Shown here one piece after another: positions 1-11,100 of a stretch of DNA of 64,000 nucleotides. Below the pieces are notes generated by a model. The model had not been told where the DNA came from, did not search any database, and saw only the letters and a list, made by a program, of their open reading frames with translations. The stretch lies in contig OY771587.1 in NCBI GenBank assembly GCA_963674825.1, forward strand, positions 1,056,001 through 1,120,000. Direction: 5' to 3'. Numbering within the stretch: the first letter of the stretch is position 1; every line of letters begins with the position of its first letter. The DNA comes from Candidatus Cloacimonadales bacterium (GTDB lineage: Bacteria > Cloacimonadota > Cloacimonadia > Cloacimonadales > JAIOQZ01). The position numbers and the translations under genes were made by a program.

Positions 1-972
1 AATATCCGGATAGCTGTCATCTCCATCCACAAGTGCATAAATCGGGTCAGCGCCATAGCCACCATAGCTCGGATAGTCCACCTGATAGGCGTCTCCAACC
101 AGAAGCACCCAGGTCAGCCCGTCGTTCAGGTCGTACTGATCCTGAATGAAATCGGCGATATCCGCATCATTGTTGCCGATGGTATCAACGCTGTAAAGAG
201 TGGTCTCAATACCCTTTTGGCGCTTCCATTGTACGAAAGGAGCCATCTCATCCAGGAAGTCATCGTAGCAGATGATGATCATCCGGCCCTGCTCTTCCAC
301 CGGTACGTAGCGCGGATTGTCGAGGTTGATGAAGTGATTGCTGTAGATTTCGCCAAAGGCGCGGTTCTTGAGTTCATTGGTAACAGCTTTGGGATTGACA
401 GTCGCGACTTGATCGAAGCTAACTTCGACTTCAATGGAAGTGGTTACGGTCAGCGTGCTGCTGATGGGGTCGTAAGAGAAAGGCTTGAACTGCACCGTAA
501 CGCCACGGTAATCACGAAGAATATAGGGGTCGCCAAGGACTGCCAATGGCTGTTCTTCGATCGCTTTTCCATTGTAAAAATCTCCGAATTCGTACGGTAC
601 TGTCGCAGGATCGACCGTTCTGAGCATGTGTCCTTTGGAGGGCGCGACACGAAGTTGCATCGTCGTCGATTGCTGATCCACAACAGTAAGTTGCGGCTTA
701 CGATCTCCCGGAATCGCAATGCTGCGAACCACTTGCGGAAGCTGCGGCATCCCTTTTTCCATGATCATGCTCTCGTGGTCGAGATAGGGTAAAGCCCAAG
801 TGTCACCATCAATTTCGACCTCGTCATAGGTAAACGATCCGAATTCCAGACGAATTCGCAGTGGATCATCTTGTAAGACCCGTACAGACAAAGGATTATC
901 ATTAATACTAACACCAACGGCAGCTAGGCACCCGGCAAGCAATAATAATAAAGCTGTAAACCTCGTGTACAT
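1..972 (-). CDS. C25 family cysteine peptidase (Arg-gingipain-like), N-terminal part; truncated by window edge
   Basis: Not in the ORF track. Manual translation from ATG at 972: signal peptide MYTRFTALLLLLAGCLA, a propeptide (GMPQLPQVVRSIAIP, APSKG, LGDPYILRDYRG), then NPR-YVPVEEQGRMIII...WKRQKG...WVLLVGD...ADPIYALVDGDDSYPDI, matching the C25 catalytic-domain start. The frame is open to base 1. Confidence 0.9.
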   Translation of the reverse strand, partial: MYTRFTALLLLLAGCLAAVGVSINDNPLSVRVLQDDPLRIRLEFGSFTYDEVEIDGDTWALPYLDHESMIMEKGMPQLPQVVRSIAIPGDRKPQLTVVDQQSTTMQLRVAPSKGHMLRTVDPATVPYEFGDFYNGKAIEEQPLAVLGDPYILRDYRGVTVQFKPFSYDPISSTLTVTTSIEVEVSFDQVATVNPKAVTNELKNRAFGEIYSNHFINLDNPRYVPVEEQGRMIIICYDDFLDEMAPFVQWKRQKGIETTLYSVDTIGNNDADIADFIQDQYDLNDGLTWVLLVGDAYQVDYPSYGGYGADPIYALVDGDDSYPDI

Positions 973-1220
973 TTTTCGACCCCCTTCCGGATTTTCCGGA
1001 AATATAATGCAAGCCGTAAACCAAATTGACAGCAACGACTTATTTTTCTATATTATTTACTGATTCATTTTAACTGAGCCGATCGATTTTCGCAAGATTT
1101 ATTTCTATGATTTTTACCTGTAAGCACCAGGATATCCGCACTTACCAGTGCGTTATGTAACGTTTTCCTCACAAACATGTTGACATATACGTTGGGTAAA
1201 ATATCCTTTTTTCTAATGAA

Positions 1221-3086
1221 ATGAACAAGGATCGGGATATGCTCGAAAGAATAAAAGGACCTGAAGACGTTCGCAAGCTCTCCCTTGCGGAATTGAAAAT
1301 ACTGGCTCAAGAAGTACGGGAACGCATCCTGGAGGTGACTGCGAAAAACGGCGGTCACCTGGCACCAAGCTTGGGCGCAGTGGAAATCGCCGTCGCGCTG
1401 CTGCGTGTGTTCAATCCGCGTCGCGACCGCGTGGTGTGGGATGTTGGGCATCAATCATATGCTTGGAAAATCCTTACGGGGCGCAATGATCGCTTCGACA
1501 CACTACGACAATTCGGTGGCATCAGCGGCTTCAACAACATTTTCGAAAGCGAATACGACGCCTTTGGTGTAGGGCATTCGAGCACATCGATCTCGGCTGC
1601 GCTGGGTATCAATGTCGCCGATGAAATGATGGGCAGAAAAGGCCGAACCATCGCCGTGATCGGTGACGGAGCTCTTACAGGTGGGATGTCATTCGAGGCG
1701 ATCAATCACTGCGGCCACCTGCAAAAAAACCTGATCGTCATCCTCAACGACAACGCGATGTCCATCTCCAAGAACGTCGGCGCACTCCAGAGCTATATGG
1801 CGAACATCCTGGTCAGCAAAACATACAACTCCCTCAAAGAACGTGTCTGGGATCTCTCGAACACACTGCCGACCAACATTCGCCGCAGGTTTATCACCGG
1901 CGCACAAAAGCTCGAAGAAAGCCTTATCAATATCCTGGTTCCCAACATCATCTTCGAAGACCTCGGCTTCAAATATGTCGGCCCCATCGACGGCCACGAC
2001 TTGCCGAGGCTTGCACATATCTTCAACAAAGCGCGCCACAACATTGTCGGGCCCGTGCTGATTCACGTTGTTACCCAGAAAGGCAAAGGCTGCGATTTCG
2101 CCGAAAACAACGCTCGCGTCTTCCACGGTGTGGGACCTTACGAAGAAAAGACCGGCGCAAGCCTCTCGAAGAAATCGAAGTCCTACTCCAACGTCTTTGG
2201 TGACAAGCTCTGCGAACTGGCTAGCGAGCATAAAAACGTAGTCGCCATTACAGCCGCTATGACCGACGGCACCGGGCTGACCGAGTTTGCACGAAAGTAC
2301 CCGGATCGTTTCTTCGATGTCGGCATTGCTGAGCAGCATGCGGTTACCTTTGCGGGAGGACTCGCCGTGCGGGGCATCAAGCCTTTTGTGGCAATCTATT
2401 CAACCTTCCTGCAACGCGCGTTCGATCAGGTTATCCACGATATCGCACTGCAAAAGCTTCCCGTGGTATTCTGCCTGGATCGAGCCGGACTGGTCGGCGA
2501 CGATGGTGCAACGCACCACGGCGTGTTCGATCTATCCTATCTCCGGTTGATCCCAAGCCTTCAAATTCTCTCGCCAAGCTGCGCCGAAGAGCTTGAATCG
2601 ATGATGGAATATGCCATGCACTACGACGACGGTCCCATCGCGATCCGCTACCCACGCGGTGGCGCACGGCAATGTGCCATGGATCATCCCATTATCGAAT
2701 CAGGAAAATGGGAAGTACTACAGAAGGGAACCGATGTCGCCTTCATCGGCACAGGTAAAGGCATGATCGACGCAGCAGATACCATCGAGCTGTTTGGCGA
2801 CACCATCAAACCATGGCTCATCAACGCACGTTTCATCAAACCAATGGACAACACACTGTTGGACACACTGAAATCAAAGGTCAAGCACGTGGTAACCATC
2901 GAGGACAACGCCCTCGAAGGCGGATTCGGGGAATCGGTGAAAGCCTATTACAACGGAAGCGACGTCACCGTACACACCTTCGGTATTCCCGACCGATTCG
3001 TCACATTCGGTAGTGTGGAGCAGCTAAAAGAAATGTTGGGTATCACTCCGAAGCAGATTCACCAGACGTTGAAGGACATCCTGTAG
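1221..3086 (+). CDS. dxs: 1-deoxy-D-xylulose-5-phosphate synthase
   Basis: GGHLAPSLG, WDVGHQSY, GDGALTGG..EAIN TPP motif, DVGIAEQHAV, DRAGLVGDDGATH. Alternative start ATG 1239. Confidence 0.97.
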   Translation: MNKDRDMLERIKGPEDVRKLSLAELKILAQEVRERILEVTAKNGGHLAPSLGAVEIAVALLRVFNPRRDRVVWDVGHQSYAWKILTGRNDRFDTLRQFGGISGFNNIFESEYDAFGVGHSSTSISAALGINVADEMMGRKGRTIAVIGDGALTGGMSFEAINHCGHLQKNLIVILNDNAMSISKNVGALQSYMANILVSKTYNSLKERVWDLSNTLPTNIRRRFITGAQKLEESLINILVPNIIFEDLGFKYVGPIDGHDLPRLAHIFNKARHNIVGPVLIHVVTQKGKGCDFAENNARVFHGVGPYEEKTGASLSKKSKSYSNVFGDKLCELASEHKNVVAITAAMTDGTGLTEFARKYPDRFFDVGIAEQHAVTFAGGLAVRGIKPFVAIYSTFLQRAFDQVIHDIALQKLPVVFCLDRAGLVGDDGATHHGVFDLSYLRLIPSLQILSPSCAEELESMMEYAMHYDDGPIAIRYPRGGARQCAMDHPIIESGKWEVLQKGTDVAFIGTGKGMIDAADTIELFGDTIKPWLINARFIKPMDNTLLDTLKSKVKHVVTIEDNALEGGFGESVKAYYNGSDVTVHTFGIPDRFVTFGSVEQLKEMLGITPKQIHQTLKDIL

Positions 3087-3092
3087 TCCACC

Positions 3093-4448
3093 ATGAGCGG
3101 ATTTCACGACACCATCGCCGCCGAAACGACACCCCACGGGCACGGCGGAATCTCGGTTTTGCGCATCAGTGGCAGAAACGCCATCGAGATCGCGCAGAAG
3201 ATTGTCCGCACTCGTAAATCGATCCAGGATAGCCCTTCGCATACAGTCCATTATGGGCATATCCACGACGGGCAGCGTCAGATCGACCAGGTGCTGGTCT
3301 CCATTTTCCGCGCACCAAATAGCTACACCGGCGAGGATGTTGTAGAAATCTCCTGCCACGGTAATCCCTTTATCGTCTCGCAAATCCTCGCAATCATATT
3401 GCGCTACGCACGGCAGGCCGAACCGGGCGAATTCACCCAGAGAGCGTTTCTCAACGACCGCATCGACCTCACTGGAGCAGAGGCTGTCAACGACCTCATT
3501 CACGCCCAGACCCGGCAGGCACAGGCCGTCGCGCTCGAGCAACTCGAAGGCAGCCTGCACCATCGAATCGAAGCACTCCTGAGCCGCATCACCCAGATCC
3601 GCATGCAAATGGAAATCGAGATCGATCTCAGCGATCAGAATCTGGCCGATACCGACTGGAGCGCTATGCGAACCGAATGCGAAGCGCTGGTTACCGAACT
3701 GGGCGAACTGATTCGCACCGGCCAGGAAGGACGCATTCTGCGTGAAGGACTCAAGATCGCGCTGGTTGGTCCACCCAACGTCGGGAAATCGAGCATCTTC
3801 AACGCCTTCCTCGAAACCGAGCGCGCCATCGTAACCCCGCATCCCGGAACCACGCGAGACTACCTCGAAGAAGCCGTCGCAATTGAAGGCTACCTGTTGC
3901 GGCTGTACGACACCGCCGGGATTCGTGAAACACCTGATGAGATCGAACAAATCGGCATCGACCGCTCAGGGAAAATGATCCAGCAAGCCGATCGAGTGTT
4001 GTTCATCACCGAATTGGATACCACCGAAGATGAAATGGAACGTTTGGAGACTCTCACCGGCAGGAAGAACGTCTTGCGTGTGATCAATAAATCGGACCTT
4101 CTGAGCGATCAGCAAGCCGAAGCGTTTGAAAAAGATGACTATATCGTATGCAGCGCGACAAAACCGGGTGGCTTGCACACACTCAAAAACAGGCTTTTAG
4201 AAGATATCCGCGTCTCGCAAATCGAACTTCACAGCGGCATCCTGACCAATGCACGACAGATCGCTGCCGCCAGCCGTGCCGAGACCTCGCTCCGTCAGGC
4301 TTTGGATGCGATTGGAAATGGTGTGGGACCGGAGTTTGTGGCATTTGACCTCAAAGAGGCAAGCCAGGCACTGGAGGAGATCATCGGAAGAATAAGCTCC
4401 GAAGATCTTCTGAATCGGATCTTCAGTGATTTCTGCGTCGGTAAATAG
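3093..4448 (+). CDS. mnmE: tRNA modification GTPase MnmE/TrmE
   Basis: SYTGEDVVEISCHG, PGEFTQRAFLN, GPPNVGKSS, GTTRD, DTAGIR, NKSD, C-terminal FSDFCVGK. Confidence 0.97.
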   Translation: MSGFHDTIAAETTPHGHGGISVLRISGRNAIEIAQKIVRTRKSIQDSPSHTVHYGHIHDGQRQIDQVLVSIFRAPNSYTGEDVVEISCHGNPFIVSQILAIILRYARQAEPGEFTQRAFLNDRIDLTGAEAVNDLIHAQTRQAQAVALEQLEGSLHHRIEALLSRITQIRMQMEIEIDLSDQNLADTDWSAMRTECEALVTELGELIRTGQEGRILREGLKIALVGPPNVGKSSIFNAFLETERAIVTPHPGTTRDYLEEAVAIEGYLLRLYDTAGIRETPDEIEQIGIDRSGKMIQQADRVLFITELDTTEDEMERLETLTGRKNVLRVINKSDLLSDQQAEAFEKDDYIVCSATKPGGLHTLKNRLLEDIRVSQIELHSGILTNARQIAAASRAETSLRQALDAIGNGVGPEFVAFDLKEASQALEEIIGRISSEDLLNRIFSDFCVGK

Positions 4449-4454
4449 CTCTCT

Positions 4455-5660
4455 TTATTGGCCTGCTTCCGCCAACTTTTCCTTCGCCCGTTTCAGTTTC
4501 TGAATCCTTCTGAGCAACATTAACGATGCGATACCTCCCAACGTTACCACGCCCACGCACCAGTAGGTCTGAATCGTACCCCAATTATCGAGGCTGACAC
4601 CGACCAACGGCGAGAGAATCGCAAAGCTGAGGCTCGCTGCCAGGCTCACCAGCGAGATAACCGTCGCGCGGTATTGATCCTTGATCTGGTGATTGATGTA
4701 GAAACGCAACGTCGGCTGATAGAGACCACGTACGATCTGCTGTGTCGCCAGCAGGATAAGCGCCCAGGGTGAGATCAGGATCGCCGGCAGGATAAACGAC
4801 GACGCCAGCAGCAATCCCAGGCTGATCAGCACTTTGCGGGGACGCGTCTGGCTGTATTTTTTGACCAGCACCTTGGATGTGATCGCCGCCACCACGTTGA
4901 AAAAGAAGAAGATAACACCAAACCACATCACGTCGATCTCGACACGCTCGAAATAAGGCTGGTAGAGCCAATAAGATACCCGGAACGAGAATCCCATGAG
5001 CATCGCGAAAAGGACTGTCCAGAGAATGCGCGGCGTCTTGACTGAGATGCCAATGCTTTTCAGAACGTGGATAATGTAGTTATGTTCGCTCTTCTGACGC
5101 TCGGTCTCGCGGAATCCAATCGCTGAGATGCCTGATATCCCGATAAAACCGATGCTCAGCCAGAACGGCATGAAGTGATTGAACTTGTAGAGGAAACCAC
5201 TCGCAATAGAGCCCAAGCCCTGACCGGCAAAGATCAGGAATTGCGCGTGTCCTTCATGATGCTGGTATTCCGGCTTACGATCCAGCCGGATGAGACTCTC
5301 GTAGAGCAACGCAGAATCCGCGCCACTACTGAAAGTCATCCCCATACCGAACAGTACTTCCGCCAGCGCAAAACCCCAGAACCGATTAAACAGAATGTAC
5401 AACAACAGTCCGAGCATACAAAGCACACTGCTGATCACCAGCGAGAATTTCCGGGATATTTTGTCCGCGATAGAACCGGTCGGTACCTCGAAGATAAAGA
5501 CAGACACCGCCGAGATCGATTGCAACAGCATGATCTGGGAATAGCTTAGTCCTTTGAAGATCATGAATGGCACGAGGATCGGGCCGATGATCATCAGATT
5601 GGAGAACAGCCGGAACCACGGATACAGCTTCACATTGCGCGTCAAATCGTTGTGTTCCAT
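4455..5660 (-). CDS. MFS transporter
   Basis: About 12 hydrophobic segments; EVPTGSIADKISRK motif A; SGADSALLYESL. Confidence 0.9.
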   Translation of the reverse strand: MEHNDLTRNVKLYPWFRLFSNLMIIGPILVPFMIFKGLSYSQIMLLQSISAVSVFIFEVPTGSIADKISRKFSLVISSVLCMLGLLLYILFNRFWGFALAEVLFGMGMTFSSGADSALLYESLIRLDRKPEYQHHEGHAQFLIFAGQGLGSIASGFLYKFNHFMPFWLSIGFIGISGISAIGFRETERQKSEHNYIIHVLKSIGISVKTPRILWTVLFAMLMGFSFRVSYWLYQPYFERVEIDVMWFGVIFFFFNVVAAITSKVLVKKYSQTRPRKVLISLGLLLASSFILPAILISPWALILLATQQIVRGLYQPTLRFYINHQIKDQYRATVISLVSLAASLSFAILSPLVGVSLDNWGTIQTYWCVGVVTLGGIASLMLLRRIQKLKRAKEKLAEAGQ

Positions 5661-5663
5661 CCG

Positions 5664-7826
5664 TCATTTTCCTCCGTCGATACGCTCTACGTGCAATACT
5701 TTGGGCAGTCTGCGCAAGGTGCGATAGACCTGATCGAGTTCCTCTCGGTGCTGTATTCGGAATGAAAACCAACCACGCGCACCCTCGACATCATGGTCCA
5801 TGCGCGCTTCGGTTAATTCGATGTGCATGCGGGAGAAGGCGTTGACGATCTCCTTCAGCATGTTCCGGCGATTCTTCGATAGAACCATGAGTTGCACGGT
5901 GAAGCCGGTCTTGCTCCCAGCCGCAGGACGATCCCACTGCAAGGGGATAATCCGCTCCGTTTCGTCGATCAGTAGCTTGCGAAATCCCTTGTTGGGGCAA
6001 TCTTTACGATGCACGGTGATACCTCTTCCGCGCGTGGTGTAACCCACGATCTGATCGCCGGGAACCGGATTACAGCACTTTGCGTAATGAATCAGGAGAC
6101 TGTCGATCTGACCGATGCGAACGCCCTGAAACTCGTGCATTTCTTTAGAACCGATTTCGAGATCGGTATCACAGGTATCGTCCTCTTTCCGCATTGCGCA
6201 GACTGCATCGTAGAAGTCGGCAAACAAGAGCGATCCCTTTCCCAATCTCGCGAAAAGCTGATTTTCATCGGTGATCTTCATCTGCTTCAGAATCGCACTG
6301 AATTCATCGTCACCCAGCTTCAGATGAGCCTTTCGACTGCGTTTATCGAAGATTTCTTTGCCCAGCCGAATCGCGTCTTCCAGCTCACGCCTTCTAAGCC
6401 ATGTTCTCACTTTCTGACGTGCCTTGGACGACTTCATGAATTCCAGCCAGTCCTTACCCGGATTTGGGGTATTGCCGGTGATGATCTCAACCATATCACC
6501 GGTTTTAAGCTCCGTTCGAAGCGGTACGAATTTACCGTTCACACGAGCGCCGATAGTCCTGAAACCTATGCCTGTATGAACCGCAAAGGCGAAATCGACC
6601 GGTGTGGACCCCTTGGGAAGCTTGATGTAATCGCCCTCCGGTGTAATAGCGATGATAATCTCCGGGTAGAGGTTCATCTTGAAATATTCGAGGAACTCGC
6701 TGGCGGGAGAAGTCTCCTGCTGACTGAGCATACTGCGGATCCAGCCGATCTGCTCGTCGAAGTGGTTACCCGACTGAAGTTCTTTGTATTTCCAGTGTGC
6801 CGCGACCCCTTCTTCCGCGATCGCGTGCATCTCTCGAGTACGGATCTGCACCTCGACCACGCGACCTTTTGGCCCGATAAGTCCTGTGTGCAATGACTGA
6901 TAGCGATTCACCTTGGGTCTTGCGATGTAGTCGCGGAAACGATGCTCGAGCGGCTCGTAATTACGATGCAAGATCCCGAGCACCTCGTAGCATTGTCCGA
7001 TCGTATCCACGATGACTCTGATCGCCGCCAGATCGTAGATATCCTCGAAGGGGATATTGCGACTGATCGACTTACGGTAGATGCTGTAGAAGTGTTTGCT
7101 TCTTCCAGTGATCTCCGCTTTGATCCCGGCGTCCTCCAGCAGCTTGGTTACCGGATCGAGAACCATCTTTATGTAGGCTTCACGAGCGTCTTTTTTCTCG
7201 TTTACAAGCAAACCGATCTGCTTGTAAACATCCGGCATCAAATGCTTGAAGCTAAGATCTTCCAGCTCCCAACGCATTCTGGCAAGACCAAACCGGTTAG
7301 CAAGCGGTGCGTAGATGTCCATCGTCTCACGGGCAATGTTGTTCTGGCGATCATCAGTAAGGTAGCCGAGTGTGCGCATGTTGTGAAGTCTGTCCGCCAT
7401 CTTTACAATGAGTACACGGATGTCGTCAACAACCGAGAGCAGAAACTTTCGGAAGTTCTCAGATTGCCGCTTCATGCGCGTATGATGCGTCGCGTAAGCA
7501 TAATGCTGGAGATTGGTAACTCCCTTTACAAGCGTGGCGATCGTATCACCAAATCCTCGACGAATATCCTCTTCAGTACGTTCGGTGTCCTCAAGTACAT
7601 CGTGCAGCAGCCCGGCAGCGACAGTCTCTGTGTCGGAATCCATATCGAGGAGAATCCATGCGACATTGACCGGATGGATGATATAGGGCTCACCCGAGTC
7701 TCGCATCTGGCCTTCGTGAGCCTTGTCGGCAAAGTCGAATACGCTTCGTAGCAATTCGCTTTCCTGCTTTGGTAACGAACCCACCCTATCGAGAAACTGA
7801 CTGATGGCAACATCGCTGCTTTTCAT
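5664..7826 (-). CDS. relA: Bifunctional (p)ppGpp synthetase/hydrolase (long RSH)
   Basis: HD domain (SGEPYIIHP, HDVLED, ADRLHNMRTL), synthetase (YQSLHT, EVQIRT), TGS (TPVDFAFAVHT), CCNPVPGD, ACT. Start set at ATG 7826, downstream of GGAGG; the ORF track extends to 7871. Confidence 0.95.
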   Translation of the reverse strand: MKSSDVAISQFLDRVGSLPKQESELLRSVFDFADKAHEGQMRDSGEPYIIHPVNVAWILLDMDSDTETVAAGLLHDVLEDTERTEEDIRRGFGDTIATLVKGVTNLQHYAYATHHTRMKRQSENFRKFLLSVVDDIRVLIVKMADRLHNMRTLGYLTDDRQNNIARETMDIYAPLANRFGLARMRWELEDLSFKHLMPDVYKQIGLLVNEKKDAREAYIKMVLDPVTKLLEDAGIKAEITGRSKHFYSIYRKSISRNIPFEDIYDLAAIRVIVDTIGQCYEVLGILHRNYEPLEHRFRDYIARPKVNRYQSLHTGLIGPKGRVVEVQIRTREMHAIAEEGVAAHWKYKELQSGNHFDEQIGWIRSMLSQQETSPASEFLEYFKMNLYPEIIIAITPEGDYIKLPKGSTPVDFAFAVHTGIGFRTIGARVNGKFVPLRTELKTGDMVEIITGNTPNPGKDWLEFMKSSKARQKVRTWLRRRELEDAIRLGKEIFDKRSRKAHLKLGDDEFSAILKQMKITDENQLFARLGKGSLLFADFYDAVCAMRKEDDTCDTDLEIGSKEMHEFQGVRIGQIDSLLIHYAKCCNPVPGDQIVGYTTRGRGITVHRKDCPNKGFRKLLIDETERIIPLQWDRPAAGSKTGFTVQLMVLSKNRRNMLKEIVNAFSRMHIELTEARMDHDVEGARGWFSFRIQHREELDQVYRTLRRLPKVLHVERIDGGK

Positions 7827-8190
7827 TTTCGGACTATCCTCCGAGATACTGTAATGCACGGAACAACGCATTATAAATACGATAGTACGACATAATGATG
7901 CGCATTATGGGGTGTCAATTATTTCCTGAAAACGAAGATTGGCGATTGATGTATATTTACTTGACAATTAGGAATATAAGTTGCTTAGTTAGTATAGTTA
8001 CCGGAATTTCATAGATGAAATGAGTATCGTTTGGTCTTCGATATGTCACTCACGTCAGGAATGAAAAGCATTCCGAAGCCAAGGCTTCGAAAAAAACATT
8101 GACAAGAAACACTTCCTTCGCAATGAATATTGCAAACTGGAAATTCATAGGGTCTTTAATATACTCTACGAAATACTAAGGAGGAAATCT

Positions 8191-11100
8191 ATGTCCAAGA
8201 AATTGTTATTCGTGGCAGCTCTGATGCTCATTGCCGTTTTGGCTTTTGCTCAGCCCTGGCCACCCACGAACTTGGAAGCGAGCGTTGTGAACCAGACAAG
8301 CGTACAACTTGACTGGAATGCTCCTCAAAACCCAGATCAGACCGAACTTCGTTACGATGACGGTGAAAACTATGATGGTATCGGTACCAACTCGGCAAAC
8401 GACTTCGATGTCGCGATCCGTTTTGATACCAGTGATCTGGCTTCTTATGATGGCTACACACTCAATCAGATCGGCTTCTTCCCCCGCTACGAAGACTGCG
8501 AATACTATGTTCGCGTCTGGACCGGTGGAAGCCTTAGCGGCGACACCCTCACTGAAGGTGACCTTGTCGTTGATCAGGCTGTCGATGTCACAATTACCGA
8601 GTGGAACTACATTACACTCGACACTCCGCTGACAATCGACGCTGGCGAAGAACTGTGGATTGGCTATCGCGCTAATACCAACGGCGACCATCCGGCTGGC
8701 TGTGATGCTGGTCCCGCTATTGCTTACAAGGGCGACCTTCTCAACCTCGGTGGCTGGTTCAGCATGGTAACCGACTACCCCACCCTTAACTACAACTGGA
8801 ATATCGTTGGTTTAGTATCTGAAGGACGTACCGGTGGAGAACTTGTTCCGCTTGCTTCTTCTCCTCGCCCTGCTGCTAACACCGAAGCAACCTTCGAACG
8901 TGAATTCGTTCAGGTTGAAAATGCTACCTCTCCGAGAGATCGTGACCTCACCGGTTACTCGATCTATCGTGATGGCGAAGAAATTGCAACCGTTGACGGT
9001 GAAACCCTCACCTACACTGATGCAAACCTCGCTGATGGCACCTACGAATACTACGTTACCGCTCTTTGGGACGAAGGTGAATCAGATCCTTCGAACACCG
9101 TCGAAGCAATCATCCAGGATATGGGATATGCTCTGTATGAAGGCTTTGAAGGTGGCGCCCTGCCGGCTAACTGGACAACCGAATATGTTTCCGGTACAGT
9201 TGACTGGGAATTCCAGGATGGCGGTTACTCCGGACATCCAGAAGGCGCTTACAGCGGTAACTACAATGCTTACATTTACGCCGGCAACTATGATGGCAAC
9301 ACAACCCGCCTGATCTCGCCGGTGCTTGACCTCTCCGGTGAAGCTACCCTTTACTTCTACCATACACAGGCTGTATGGTCTGGTGACCAGGACGAACTCA
9401 CCCTCATGTATCGTACCAGCTCGGACAATGCATGGGAAGCTCTTGAGACCTGGACTGACGACATCTCTGCATGGGAACTTGAAGAGATCGATCTTCCGAA
9501 CCTCAGCTCAACCTATCAGATCTGCTTCGAAGGCTTCCTGAACTACGGCTACGGCATCTGTATCGACGAAGTTATCATTGGTGTTCCCGGTGAAACCGGA
9601 ACCATCGCTGGTACAGTTACCGACGCAGAAACCAATAGCCCGATCCAGGGTGCTACCGTTACCTGCGGTTCCGGCTCCGGCCAGACCAACGCTTCCGGTA
9701 ACTACTCCTTTGAAGTTGGCACAGGCACATACGATGTTACCTGTGTTGCTGCTGGCTATGTAGCTCAGACAGAAAACAACGTGGTCATCACAACCGATCA
9801 AACCACGAATGTTGACTTCTCAATGGTCGCAGCAAGCGACTTCCCGGCTCCGTCAAACTTCACCGCCGTTGTTGAAAACGACGTGAACGTTCACCTCAGC
9901 TGGGCTTCTCCCTACACCGAACTTCGTTACGACGACGGTGAAAACTTTGATGGTATCGGTACCAACTCGGCAAACGACTTTGACGTCGCGATCCGTTTCG
10001 ATACAGACGACCTCTCCAGCTACGATGGAATGTCTCTTGGACAGATCGGCTTCTTCCCCCGCTACGAAGACTGCGATTATTATATCCGCGTCTGGACCGG
10101 CGGAAGCCTTAGCGGCACCACTTTCACCGAAGGTGACTTGGTTGTCGATCAGGCTGTTGATGTGACGATCGACCAGTGGAACTACTTCACTATCGACACA
10201 CCCGTCACTATCGACGCTGGCGAAGAACTGTGGATTGGCTATCGCGCCAACACCGGTGGCGATCACCCGGCTGGCTGTGACGCTGGTCCCGCTATTGCTT
10301 TCAAGGGCGACCTTCTCAACCTCGGTGGCTGGTTCAGCATGGTAACCGACTACCCCACCCTTAACTACAACTGGAATATCGTTGGCTACGCTTCTGGCGG
10401 CCGTGCAAGCGAAGAGCTTGTTCCGATCGCAAGCAAACCGAGACAGATCAACACTGCTTCTCCGTTTGAACAGGAATTCACCAACACCATCACCCCGGAA
10501 CCGATCGATCGCAACCGCGACCTGAGCGGCTTCAAGGTCTATCGTGACGGCGAAGAAATCGCTTACATCGAAGACGCCTTCACCCTCGATTATATCGACG
10601 AAGGTCTCGAACCGGGAACCTACACATACTACGCAACCGCTGTTTATAACAGTGGCGTAAACGAATCAGATCCTTCGAACTCAGCTGACGCTACCATCGA
10701 AGAACTGACCTACCCCGCTCCTGAAAATCTCGTTGCTGACCCGCACGGCATGAACGTGCTGCTCACCTGGGATGCTCCGGGAACCAACCAGGATGCAGTT
10801 GACAGCATCGACGAAGGTTTCGAAACCGGCGCGATCGCTGATGGCTGGTCATTGGTTGATGTCGATAACGACGGCTACAATTGGGAAATTGTCGATACCG
10901 AGTACGGTACACACAGTGGCGATTACGCAATCGCTTCAGCATCGTACATCAACGATATCGGCGCACTTACACCGGACAACTGGCTCATCACCCCGCCGAT
11001 CGCAATCCAGAGCGGTTACGAACTGAACTTCTGGTTATGCGCTCAGGATGCTGACTGGCCTGCCGAGCACTACGAAGTAATGCTCTCAACCGGTGGAATG

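Noticed and set aside
217..792. 191-aa plus-strand ORF and the many other antisense or overlapping ORFs in the track (e.g. 3024..3950, 6009..6896, 6942..7751, 55575..56477)
   Set aside because: They lie opposite or within well-supported genes and have no recognisable motifs, so they are treated as shadow ORFs.
8341..10385. Possible diversity-generating retroelement TR/VR pair
   Set aside because: Both copies are in-frame coding domains, the mismatches are not adenine-specific, and no reverse transcriptase is present in the window.
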